Source: a virus (lineage: Duplodnaviria > Caudoviricetes). Taken from it: a DNA stretch of 26,131 nucleotides. Positions 17,213 through 26,131 of the stretch are shown piece after piece. The stretch lies in the IMG/VR virus record IMGVR_UViG_3300025696_000043, positions 1 to 26,131 of that record; one strand, 5' to 3'. Below the pieces are notes generated by a model. That model saw nothing but the letters and a program-made list of their open reading frames with translations. It was not told where the DNA came from and ran no database searches. Position 1 is the first letter of the stretch, and the number at the start of each line of letters is the position of its first letter. A program made the position numbers and the translations under genes.

Positions 17213-18909
17213 GTAAGGAACCAAGTCAAATAAGGATAGTCCCAAGCGAAAAACAGTACAAGGGTGCTCCAACATTGGATACAACTTTAGATGTTTCATT
17301 ACAGGGTCAAAAGAGATTGATGGTTGAGGGTGACCGTACAGTACTCGTTAACTTGGCTGAGAGGTTCGATAAGGAAAGACAAGGGTCAGACCTTATGAGG
17401 GTTACTGGTAAAATTACAAATATTTTTGATAATGTTATTTCTGGTAAAACCAATTATAATCCATATCAAAATGACCTATATTATATAGGTGCGTTAAATT
17501 CAGTGACGAGTAATACTTGGAAAGGATATCCACAGTATGATGAATTTACTTTCTTAAGAACTAGAGGTATTGACGGTCATGTTGATTTTATCCCTAAGAG
17601 TTCAACAACATATAATTGGTCAGTATATCTATCGTATCCTTCTGATAATGTTACAGGTCAAAGTATGACTTATAAGAATGAGGAGTTAAGTGCAACTACA
17701 GTATTCAACGTTAGTGATGGTATTCCTTTTGCAATGAAAAAAAGAAAGGTTAATGGTAAAAACTTAATCACTTTTTACTGTGGTGGTAATCATAATCTTT
17801 CTATTGGTGAGTATGTTAAATTATCCTTCAATTATAATGGTGAATCGTTATTTCAAGTTTATGAATTAGGTGACGAAGATTATGATAGTAGTAATAAAGT
17901 ATTTTCAATATACGATTTAGGGTATACGGGTACTACTTTTGGTGATGGAGTATCAGGGACATTTAAAAGGGTAATCAGTAAAAATAATTCAGGTGAAACA
18001 ACATCAAACTATTATGTTAGAAAACATAAAATTCTAACAGATATTAAAGATTATAACTTAACAAGAATGGGTTTTGAGAATAGTCCATTCAGTGATGATA
18101 GTAAGTTAGAATATTCAGCCTTAACACCAAATAATGTACAGAGAACATCTAAAAGAAACGGTAGTCAGGTGGTTTCTTATACTTTTGAAAAACAAATAGA
18201 TATTTCACAGTATAAAGATAATCAAGATAGACCATTAAGTGAGTTATTTGTAACAATTTTAAATAAAGGATATATGGGTTGGTTTAATAAACCATATGGT
18301 AGGTCCTCATCCTCATTAGAAGTTGGTTGGGAGTTTAACTGTTTATCATTAGAAGTTGACCCATGGTGGAGAAAAGATAACACGAATAACAAAGATAATA
18401 TTCCAACTCAGAACTACCAAAAAAATAACCAAACATTCTACTATAATAAGGATTTAACCGATGGTGATGAAATATTAGGTGATTTTTGTGAATGGAATGA
18501 TTATGAGATGGAGGAGTATATAGTGTCACCAATGTTACATAAGTATAGTTATAATTCTACACATTTTATGGATGATAGTACGGTAGTTTTACCGAGTGGG
18601 TATTTATATTATCCACACCATTCTATTACTGTTAGAGATTTTTCACCATATGTTGAGACAGGAAATGTTAACGATGTTGATGGTATCCCTGATTATGCTT
18701 TTTATTCGAACTTCGAACAAAGATGGAGATGGAGAGACCTCTATCCTTACGGTTTTATTGATGGTGAAGGTATTGGTGTTGACCATCCATTTTTAAACGG
18801 TGCACACTATCCATTTAAGGATATAACCTTTTTACAGGTATTGCCACAGAGAACACTGAACTACGGTATTGGTGTGATAACTCAACCATTAATAGACGAT
18901 TGTGAATAA
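17209..18909 (+). CDS. Hypothetical protein, probable virion structural protein (566 aa)
   Basis: ATGA overlap with the previous gene; N/Y/T/S/G-rich composition; located in the structural operon. Confidence 0.75.
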   Translation: MSKEPSQIRIVPSEKQYKGAPTLDTTLDVSLQGQKRLMVEGDRTVLVNLAERFDKERQGSDLMRVTGKITNIFDNVISGKTNYNPYQNDLYYIGALNSVTSNTWKGYPQYDEFTFLRTRGIDGHVDFIPKSSTTYNWSVYLSYPSDNVTGQSMTYKNEELSATTVFNVSDGIPFAMKKRKVNGKNLITFYCGGNHNLSIGEYVKLSFNYNGESLFQVYELGDEDYDSSNKVFSIYDLGYTGTTFGDGVSGTFKRVISKNNSGETTSNYYVRKHKILTDIKDYNLTRMGFENSPFSDDSKLEYSALTPNNVQRTSKRNGSQVVSYTFEKQIDISQYKDNQDRPLSELFVTILNKGYMGWFNKPYGRSSSSLEVGWEFNCLSLEVDPWWRKDNTNNKDNIPTQNYQKNNQTFYYNKDLTDGDEILGDFCEWNDYEMEEYIVSPMLHKYSYNSTHFMDDSTVVLPSGYLYYPHHSITVRDFSPYVETGNVNDVDGIPDYAFYSNFEQRWRWRDLYPYGFIDGEGIGVDHPFLNGAHYPFKDITFLQVLPQRTLNYGIGVITQPLIDDCE

Positions 18910-19699
18910 TTATAGATTTTCAGATAGAGGTATAGAGAGAGAAGTTCAAATTCCTATTGAGCAGTTTTGGGATGTTAATGGTCGTGATGATGCAATTGAT
19001 GTTTTTGAGGAAGAAGTTATCGAACAGGTAATAAATCCTACTGAAGACTTTGAAGTGACAAGGTTTGACCATAAAATATATTCAACAAGTGCGTCGAGTA
19101 TAAACTATGAGTTTTACTTTATACCTGAGAATATTGATGTGACAGGTGCAACATCTACGGATTGGGTGATGAATTATGAGGGTGCGGGATTTAATGATAA
19201 AGAAGTATATTACTATGCTAATTCTTTTAAAAAGAGTTTTTTTAAGTTAGATTTCTACGATTCAAATAATAGTCAACAACAAAAATTATACTTTACTGTG
19301 GTTATTCCAACACAGCAAGGTGAGACGACTTCTGTTGATATTGGAACCAACTCAGTACCCAATGTTGTTGATATTAGAACACCTAATTATAAATTAGACT
19401 ATGTGGGTGACAAAGAAGGGTTTTTCATTTATTGGTTAAGGGATAGAAACTTTATCAATTTAGATGAGTTCTACATGTCTGTAAAATTCTTCAATGGTAA
19501 GACAGGTGATTTTACTAGAATGATGATACAGCCACAATCTAACTTTAATAATTTATTCAACTTCAATAAGGCTGATAATTTTTATACCAAATTAGTTTTG
19601 GACTACGATAATTATGAGTATGAGATGCACAACTTAAATGGTGTGAGAATAGGTACTAAAACAACACCGATAAAATTCTATGAATATGTTAACCCATAA
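18902..19699 (+). CDS. Hypothetical protein, probable virion structural protein (265 aa)
   Basis: GTG start overlapping the previous stop (GTGAATAA); aromatic-rich, beta-strand-like sequence. Confidence 0.75.
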   Translation: MNNYRFSDRGIEREVQIPIEQFWDVNGRDDAIDVFEEEVIEQVINPTEDFEVTRFDHKIYSTSASSINYEFYFIPENIDVTGATSTDWVMNYEGAGFNDKEVYYYANSFKKSFFKLDFYDSNNSQQQKLYFTVVIPTQQGETTSVDIGTNSVPNVVDIRTPNYKLDYVGDKEGFFIYWLRDRNFINLDEFYMSVKFFNGKTGDFTRMMIQPQSNFNNLFNFNKADNFYTKLVLDYDNYEYEMHNLNGVRIGTKTTPIKFYEYVNP

Positions 19700-20781
19700 T
19701 GAAAACACAAAAAACATATATTAAAGTTTCTCCTGAGGTATTAAAAAGTGATATTGTTCAAGAGACTTATAGTGGAAATACCTTTGGTGTTTACTCCGGA
19801 TTAACAGAAATATTGAGTGGTGGAACAGGTGGTAGTTCGTTACTTACTGGCCTAACAATTCCTGTGATGTTTACTCAGTCTTTTAATGATTTGGGTTATT
19901 ATACTCCATTTGATGGTTATATTTTACAAAAAGATGTTGTAAATAACTTTGTTTATTCTGGAAGTTCTAACAATAATTTTGAGGTTTTCGTATATAATAC
20001 TGCGGATAGAGATTTTAAGAAATTCCTACAATTAGCTGATTATGTTATTGATTGGGGTGACGGGAGCTCTACTGAAAAGATAAATGACGTTGCTCCAAAC
20101 TACACCACACACATTTATCCATTTGCGTCCGCATTTACAGTTACAATCACTCAAACTAACCCATGGGGTACTACTGAAGTTAAGAAAGTAGTCAATATTC
20201 CAATGAGCGGGGCTACAATACATAACCCTAACGGGGAGATAACATTCACACCTCAAGGTGGTAGTTGGTCAGGAACACCATTAAGTTATGACTTTATTTT
20301 CAGTGGTGATGCGGAAAATAATATATCATCTCAAGTATCTTCAAAATACACCACCACACCTTTTATTGTGAGTGGTTATACTTCAAGTTTACTAAATAGT
20401 TTAAGTAGTTATGGTTCAATTAGATACGCTACAAATGTACCAATATTTCAGAATGGTCAATTACTTGGAGTTATTAATGAATTAGATACTGATTATACTG
20501 CCTATACAATTAATAATGTTGACTACTATGATTATCCTGATGGTACCACATTATTTATTGCAAACTCTTCAGGTATTACCGATAATGATATTTCAGTTAG
20601 TGCAATTACAAAACAAGAAGTATTATTAGACATGGTTTCTTCACCAGAAATACAGAGTGAAGTATTTATAGACAGAGGCAAGAACTCAGCTTTTGAAGGT
20701 TTAGAGAGGTTGGGTGAGGTTGATAACATAGGAGACTTGACGAGATATGGTTACGGTTTCTATAAAATTAATGAAAATTAG
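19699..20781 (+). CDS. Probable virion protein with a PKD/Ig-like domain (360 aa)
   Basis: YVIDWGDGS...THIYP...FTVTITQTNPWG (~20041-20170) fits the PKD-domain W-x-F/W-GDG...H-x-Y...Y/F-x-V-x-L/I pattern; TAATG coupling. Confidence 0.72.
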   Translation: MKTQKTYIKVSPEVLKSDIVQETYSGNTFGVYSGLTEILSGGTGGSSLLTGLTIPVMFTQSFNDLGYYTPFDGYILQKDVVNNFVYSGSSNNNFEVFVYNTADRDFKKFLQLADYVIDWGDGSSTEKINDVAPNYTTHIYPFASAFTVTITQTNPWGTTEVKKVVNIPMSGATIHNPNGEITFTPQGGSWSGTPLSYDFIFSGDAENNISSQVSSKYTTTPFIVSGYTSSLLNSLSSYGSIRYATNVPIFQNGQLLGVINELDTDYTAYTINNVDYYDYPDGTTLFIANSSGITDNDISVSAITKQEVLLDMVSSPEIQSEVFIDRGKNSAFEGLERLGEVDNIGDLTRYGYGFYKINEN

Positions 20782-20784
20782 AAA

Positions 20785-21690
20785 ATGGCTTTAGGAACTT
20801 ACGGAATTACAAGACCCGCAGATATGTCTCCAGAGGATGTAGAAATAATCATGCATTACACTCCGAGTAGGGATGTGACTGAAGATTTTGTATTAAAAAA
20901 ATTAGACGCGGCTTCTATTTTGACGCCTTATTTCCACAATAATGACACTGGTGGGAATACAAATGAAATTTTGGGTGGGATGTATAATCTAAGATTACCC
21001 TCCAATGAATTTAACCAAACAGGGATTTATACTTTATATGTTCGTCCCGCAGAGATGAGAACAACGATTACAGATTGTGGTGTTTTATCTGCATTGCCGA
21101 ATGTTAAAGGTATTATCATTGATTTGAATAATGTTGACCCTCAATACCGTAATAAGTTTGTTGCCCAAGGATTAGTTGGGTTTAGGGTGGAATACTTAAA
21201 TGATAGTGGAACAAAGGTACCAAATTTTTATAGAATTGTTACCTCTTCATTCTATTGTGAGCCAGTTACAACTAACTTAACAAATAGTTCACAAAAGACT
21301 ATCCGTTATCGTTATGTTGAGAACGGTAGTGATTTATTATTCTGTACGTTGTCACCATCAAGTGCTCCGTCAAATAAACCAAATGCCACACCATTCATCG
21401 GTCAACCAAATCAAAATATTATCATTACTAATACGTACTTTAATCCGGTTACATTAGATATTGAAATGGCTGAACACGACATCGATACTCTTGCGATTGC
21501 ACTTTACGGTAATCAAACTAAGAGTCTTGAGGATGGTATTTACACACTTTATGACCCATCTAACAACATCTACAAACAATACAACTTGTTTGAGATTAGG
21601 GATGAGTTTAATAATCTATTGTTTGAGGTTCGTCAAGATAGAGGTGATAATATCGATTTCAGTAAGAATTTCAATAATGTAATTAATTAA
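20785..21690 (+). CDS. Hypothetical protein, probable baseplate/tail structural protein (301 aa)
   Basis: Tightly packed in the structural operon; no family recognised. Confidence 0.75.
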   Translation: MALGTYGITRPADMSPEDVEIIMHYTPSRDVTEDFVLKKLDAASILTPYFHNNDTGGNTNEILGGMYNLRLPSNEFNQTGIYTLYVRPAEMRTTITDCGVLSALPNVKGIIIDLNNVDPQYRNKFVAQGLVGFRVEYLNDSGTKVPNFYRIVTSSFYCEPVTTNLTNSSQKTIRYRYVENGSDLLFCTLSPSSAPSNKPNATPFIGQPNQNIIITNTYFNPVTLDIEMAEHDIDTLAIALYGNQTKSLEDGIYTLYDPSNNIYKQYNLFEIRDEFNNLLFEVRQDRGDNIDFSKNFNNVIN

Positions 21691-24629
21691 TGGCGAGTAG
21701 AAAAAAATATAGATACCCACCCGCACCCCCTTCAGGAGCAGAAACTTTCTCACCGGATTTGGTGGGATTTCAGCTTGTTGATGGTGGTGGTCTGACGCAG
21801 GGTAACTTTGAATTTACTACTTCTGTTGTTGAAAAGGTCAATCGTACTTTTGAGACGGGTGTATTCTCTAATCCATTTACGTTGGAGAATATGGATATGG
21901 AAAATCTTGAGGAATCAAGAAAGATTTGGGCTCGTAATTTTGGTGTATATCCTAATTATGATGTTTCCGTTGTCACTAATTTTTCATATTACGGTTCATT
22001 ACAAAAAAGACTATCCTCATCTATTACTAAAATCATTAATTTTTTTCCTGCTGCTTTAGAGGTTGATAAAATCTTTACTGATTACACGACGGCAAATACG
22101 GTTAATAGTGTGTCTTACGATTCTGTTGATGATGAGACTACATTTACTATTGATGTTAAAAGAATTAAGAATCCTTTTGATATTGATTATAGTAAAAACG
22201 CCGACAGAAATATGTCCTTAAGGCCAATGGATACCTCACCATATAGGAACTTAACAAGAATGTTCTTAAGATATTCATTGTTTGTAAGTACTGGTGAAAC
22301 CGAGTATAAGGTTCAGGATTTCACACCATCAATCTCATTATCGGCGGGAACTATCGAGTTTGTAGTTCAAGGTAAGCCATTTGGTTCCAACTCATCATCA
22401 ACTGAGAATATTACTTTAAGACCTAATAAGTTCTACATTGAGGAGATTTTTGATGATTCATTTGATGAGGTTGAGAAGTTTTTATTGAATAGATTGGTAA
22501 CTCCTAAGTATACTGCATTGTTTAGGGTACCAAGGGAAGATGACCAAGGTAGATATTATACCTCGGTTGAGAATATTACATGGCCAATCAAGGGATTATG
22601 GAACTTAGATATACAGACGGTTGCCTACGACAATTACCTAAACAAAATCAATGAGATTTCAGAGGTAATGGATAGGTATAAGACTAATCTTATCAGTAGA
22701 TTCTTGGTGACGGGTTCATTTAAGGATTTCGATACTGGTGACCAAAAGATGGAAAAGGTTTTACAAATCTACGGTAGGAGCTTTGATGAGACTAAGAAGT
22801 TTGTTGATGGTTTGGCGTATATTAACTCCGTAAATTATAATCCAAAAGATGATATACCGTCGGTTTTACTAAAAAATTTAGCACAGACCTTAGGTTTTGA
22901 TATTAATATCTCACCAATTACTGAGGATGACTTCTTAACGTCAATATTTGGTACTAAAAATCAATCTATATACCCTGGTCAAACAAGGGATAAGACTCCT
23001 CAAGAGTTAGACTATGAATATTACAGAAAACTAATCATTAATTCAGGTTATTTGTATAAATCAAAAGGTACAAGGGCTGGTTTAGAATTTTTAATGAGAA
23101 TGATTGGTGCTCCGAAAGCCTTAGTAGAGTTTAATGAGACCATTTATATGGCTGATGGACCTATCAACCTTACAGAGTTCAATCAAGAGTTATCTGAGGT
23201 CACTGGTGGTACGAAATTAGATATTTTACCTATATATGTCCCTAATAGTACATATAAAATTAAAGGGGTAACATATACTGCCTTTACGCCACAATCAGTC
23301 ACTACATTTACTCAAGAAGTTAGAGGTGATTACCCTATGGATGAGTATGGTTATCCGAGGGTTGTCCCTGAAAGTGACTCATATTACTATGAAATGGGTT
23401 CAGGTTGGTTTGAACAAACACCCCAACATAGGGCAAATGAAAGTATTGATGTTGAAAACTCAAACTTTACAGGTTCGAATCCAAATATACAAACTTCATT
23501 GGAACCATACACTTATGGTGAGAAGTATTTTAATAAGTTCCGTAATTTTCCTAATATGAATTTGGGTTATGAGCTTATTTCTATTAAAGATAATAAAAAA
23601 TCATGGACTAACGAAAATATTGGTATTAGAAAGGGTACTGGTGAGTTTACATCTGATTATAACGTAATTGACGAGAGATTAGTATTAAATAGAAAAAATA
23701 TTGAGTTATTTATGAATATGGGTCAAGGTCTCACTTATGACGTGTGGCAAATGAGTAGGAATCAGAACTATCCTATACCTTCTACAGGATTGACATCACC
23801 ATATCCAACACCTGGCGGTATTGATTGGACAATTATTGACCCGAGACCAAAAGATAAGTCATTCTTTGAGTTTGCTCAATCTTTTTATAAGAACATGATT
23901 AATGTTCGTAACAGACAGACAAGTAATGGTGGGTATTTAACTTTGGCCTCATTATATTGGAAATATTTGACATCACAACAAGATGTAAACATACCTTCTA
24001 ATAAATACACTTACCAAAAAATGATTGATTACGTTAATGGTATTGGTGATTATTGGATGAGATTAGTTGAACAAGTCATTCCTGCGTCTACGTTGTGGAA
24101 TGGTGGTCAGAGAATGGAGAATGCTGTATTCCATAGACAAAATCATGTATACAGAGTTCAGAGAGGGTGTGAGATTATTATTGTAGAATGTGAACCAACT
24201 ACTACGGATGGTCCTTTATGGAATTATGACTGTACTAATCAAAGTGTTAACTGTGGATTATACCCAACAAAAACCTTCAACCAGATATTATCAGAACAGA
24301 TAAACACTATCGTATCTTCAAGTGGTTATACCACGTCTGAGTGTGATTTAAATAGTGTCGTGAGTGAATGGTATATAGATTTAAGATTAGACTCGGATAT
24401 TCTTGTTCAAGAGAAATACTATACTGGTTATGGTAACGCTGACGCTCCATCAAATACTGATTGGGTTAACGCGGCAATTGCACACTTTCAGTATTTATAT
24501 CAAGATGGTTTAAATTATTCTATTAATGGTAATACCATCACTTTTAGTAATACGGGATGTAGTCCTGATTTTACTGATAAGAAAATCACCTTGAACGTAG
24601 GTATAAACATATCAATTAACTGTGGATAA
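21690..24629 (+). CDS. Putative baseplate wedge protein with P2 gpI / T4 gp7-like segment (979 aa)
   Basis: DDIPSVLLKNLAQTLGF and YYRKLIINSGYLYKSKGTRAGLEFLMRMIG (~22850-23110) resemble the gpI-type L..LA...G and y..KGT..gl..l motifs; TAATG coupling. Confidence 0.65.
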   Translation: MASRKKYRYPPAPPSGAETFSPDLVGFQLVDGGGLTQGNFEFTTSVVEKVNRTFETGVFSNPFTLENMDMENLEESRKIWARNFGVYPNYDVSVVTNFSYYGSLQKRLSSSITKIINFFPAALEVDKIFTDYTTANTVNSVSYDSVDDETTFTIDVKRIKNPFDIDYSKNADRNMSLRPMDTSPYRNLTRMFLRYSLFVSTGETEYKVQDFTPSISLSAGTIEFVVQGKPFGSNSSSTENITLRPNKFYIEEIFDDSFDEVEKFLLNRLVTPKYTALFRVPREDDQGRYYTSVENITWPIKGLWNLDIQTVAYDNYLNKINEISEVMDRYKTNLISRFLVTGSFKDFDTGDQKMEKVLQIYGRSFDETKKFVDGLAYINSVNYNPKDDIPSVLLKNLAQTLGFDINISPITEDDFLTSIFGTKNQSIYPGQTRDKTPQELDYEYYRKLIINSGYLYKSKGTRAGLEFLMRMIGAPKALVEFNETIYMADGPINLTEFNQELSEVTGGTKLDILPIYVPNSTYKIKGVTYTAFTPQSVTTFTQEVRGDYPMDEYGYPRVVPESDSYYYEMGSGWFEQTPQHRANESIDVENSNFTGSNPNIQTSLEPYTYGEKYFNKFRNFPNMNLGYELISIKDNKKSWTNENIGIRKGTGEFTSDYNVIDERLVLNRKNIELFMNMGQGLTYDVWQMSRNQNYPIPSTGLTSPYPTPGGIDWTIIDPRPKDKSFFEFAQSFYKNMINVRNRQTSNGGYLTLASLYWKYLTSQQDVNIPSNKYTYQKMIDYVNGIGDYWMRLVEQVIPASTLWNGGQRMENAVFHRQNHVYRVQRGCEIIIVECEPTTTDGPLWNYDCTNQSVNCGLYPTKTFNQILSEQINTIVSSSGYTTSECDLNSVVSEWYIDLRLDSDILVQEKYYTGYGNADAPSNTDWVNAAIAHFQYLYQDGLNYSINGNTITFSNTGCSPDFTDKKITLNVGINISINCG

Positions 24630-26131
24630 TGGCTAGTTATTATTTTACTTTAACACAAAGGACCAGCGGGGCATCATTATACACAGGTGATACGTATTAT
24701 ATTCAATGGGATACAGGTCTCAGTGGTGCAACTGACGACGCTAATCTACAACTTTTTACTGGAGGTACATATACCTATTTCAACCTTTTCAAACATAGGA
24801 CATGGTCCGTTAATTATGATGGTCAGACTCCGAATCAGACTGTGGACTATACCATGAAGGATAATGACTATAATGGAGGTGGTTCAACTGGATTTCCAGG
24901 TACCGGTATGGATATCCCAACTTTTCCATTGGTTAATGTTTATAAAAAAAATTATTTACTAAATCTTAACGATGATGTTTACTTTGCTGATATTGCATAC
25001 GTTATTGATGGTAACGCAAGCCGAATAGATAGTAGTGGAAATCATTACTTAACAGGTTGGCAATTTAGCTCTGCGGGTGTTACGGATTTTTGGACTTGGC
25101 TCGGAGGTAGTTTAACAACATTAGATGTTGCAAATACTGACCGAAACCCTTGTGGTGATTTAGATATTCCGTTTAGTGCTACGGGTGCGATATCTTACTA
25201 TAATACTAATGGTACTGGGTATGAATATATCTTAACTGAATCGGAATCCAAATGTAATGTAGATGTTACTACTGTTAAAATTGACGGTGATGCTTTATCT
25301 CAAAATCAGGGGTATCTTACTAACTATAACGCATGTTTTACGCCTGGTGACATTTGTTTCAGGCCATACTCTGGTGATACTGCAGATATCACCGTTAGTG
25401 CTTATGAGAATTGTAATGCATGTACAAGTGCCGCGGGTAATGATATAATATATTATAGTGCTGCATCATGTTGTGATAGTTCTGTGTATATATTCACAGG
25501 TGATACTACTATCTTAGGTGGTAGTATTAACGGTGCTCACAGCCAATTAACGGGTATCACAATTAACAATGAATGTGTTGGTCAATATCAACAGATAATT
25601 ACGGGTTACACTACGAATGGTTCGATAACTGGATATTATACACCTACTGGTGAGAATTATTGTGATAGTTGTACTGGTGAAACACCGTGTAATAGTTATT
25701 ACTATTTTGACCCTTGTGACTCGAGTAACTTAAATATTTACCGTATAAATCAAACAGATTATGATAATCAGTTTGGTGGTGGACCAAACCCTGGTAACAC
25801 CTATAGATTTGATGATTTTACTGGTTTACCTGATGGTTGTTATGTTGCGGTTAGTGAGTCACCCTCAATAACTTTTAGTGCTGAATTAATTTCTACGGTT
25901 ACTAATATACCTGGTGGGTGTAGTGATGCTCTTTGTAATGTTCCTGTAACGCCTACACCAACACCTACGGTTTCTGATACCCCATCAGTTACACCAACTA
26001 ATACACCAACGGTTTCTGATACTCCATCAGTTACACCAACAAATACGCCAACAGTGTCTGTTTCGGACACCCCATCAGTTACGCCAACAAATACTCCGAC
26101 AGTATCTGTTTCTGATACACCATCAGTTACT
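24629..26131 (+). CDS. 3'-truncated large putative tail fibre/surface protein (>=501 aa), Cys-rich region followed by Pro/Thr/Ser repeats; absent from the ORF track
   Basis: ATG at 24629 overlaps the previous TAA (TAATG); hand translation MASYYFTLTQRTSGASLYTGDT... has no stop through base 26131. Confidence 0.85.
   Translation, partial: MASYYFTLTQRTSGASLYTGDTYYIQWDTGLSGATDDANLQLFTGGTYTYFNLFKHRTWSVNYDGQTPNQTVDYTMKDNDYNGGGSTGFPGTGMDIPTFPLVNVYKKNYLLNLNDDVYFADIAYVIDGNASRIDSSGNHYLTGWQFSSAGVTDFWTWLGGSLTTLDVANTDRNPCGDLDIPFSATGAISYYNTNGTGYEYILTESESKCNVDVTTVKIDGDALSQNQGYLTNYNACFTPGDICFRPYSGDTADITVSAYENCNACTSAAGNDIIYYSAASCCDSSVYIFTGDTTILGGSINGAHSQLTGITINNECVGQYQQIITGYTTNGSITGYYTPTGENYCDSCTGETPCNSYYYFDPCDSSNLNIYRINQTDYDNQFGGGPNPGNTYRFDDFTGLPDGCYVAVSESPSITFSAELISTVTNIPGGCSDALCNVPVTPTPTPTVSDTPSVTPTNTPTVSDTPSVTPTNTPTVSVSDTPSVTPTNTPTVSVSDTPSVT
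25949..26131 (+). repeat. In-frame tandem repeat of 42/48-nt units encoding VSDTPSVTPTNTPT(VS), running off the window
   Basis: Units begin at 25970 (42 nt), 26012 (48 nt), 26060 (48 nt) and 26108 (partial), preceded by TPTPTPT; units differ mainly at synonymous positions. Confidence 0.95.

Larger units (their letters stand above)
1..26131 (+). mobile_element. Segment of a large T4-superfamily-like myophage genome (replication module plus baseplate/tail module)
   Basis: Co-oriented gp32-, UvsX-, RNase H-, gp41-like, nrdAB, gp25- and gp6-like genes; very short intergenic gaps; no host housekeeping genes, integrase or att sites visible. Confidence 0.93.

Noticed and set aside
9650-24629. Bacterial contractile injection system (eCIS/T6SS/tailocin) instead of a phage
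   Set aside because: The baseplate genes directly adjoin a T4-like replication module and no host genes are present.
440-26070. Short minus-strand and alternate-frame ORFs in the track (e.g. 1032..1289, 7364..7780, 15240..15527, 15714..16028, 25263..25448, 25840..26070)
   Set aside because: All lie wholly within longer + strand genes and show shadow-frame composition; 25840..26070 is only the antisense of the PT repeat.
25949-26131. Terminal repeats as a CRISPR array or DGR repeat
   Set aside because: No unique spacers, unit lengths are multiples of 3 with synonymous variation, no adenine-specific pattern and no cas or reverse transcriptase gene.
1-26131. Stop-codon reassignment as seen in some large phages
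   Set aside because: Genes are full length in code 11; TAG (4671, 20781) and TGA (17212) act as stops immediately followed by or overlapping the next start.

Overview
AT-rich, densely coding fragment of a large T4-superfamily-like (contractile-tailed) dsDNA phage, with every credible gene on the + strand in standard code 11. Left to right: three unknown ORFs (the first 5'-truncated); a replication/recombination and nucleotide module (gp32-like SSB, UvsX/RecA, 5'-3' flap exonuclease/RNase H, an unknown 150-aa protein, gp41/DnaB helicase, NrdB with an N-terminal ATP cone, cone-less NrdA); then, after a UUCG terminator, a baseplate/tail module (gp25, gp6, a 1725-aa protein, four unknown proteins, a protein with a gpI/gp7-like segment, and a 3'-truncated Cys-rich, Pro/Thr-repeat ORF missing from the ORF track). 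SD-less A-rich start contexts and the RNR subclass suggest a Bacteroidota host (inference). Most notable: a hydrophobic-[S/T]-G-x-T motif dispersed about 28 times through the peripheral virion proteins (candidate modification/glycosylation sequon), a phage-borne class Id RNR with the ATP cone on NrdB, no GATC site found in 26 kb, a Cys-free gp32 with a bacterial-SSB tail, a membrane hairpin inside a baseplate-region protein, and two distinct promoter-like motifs. All counts are by hand; no database searches were run.
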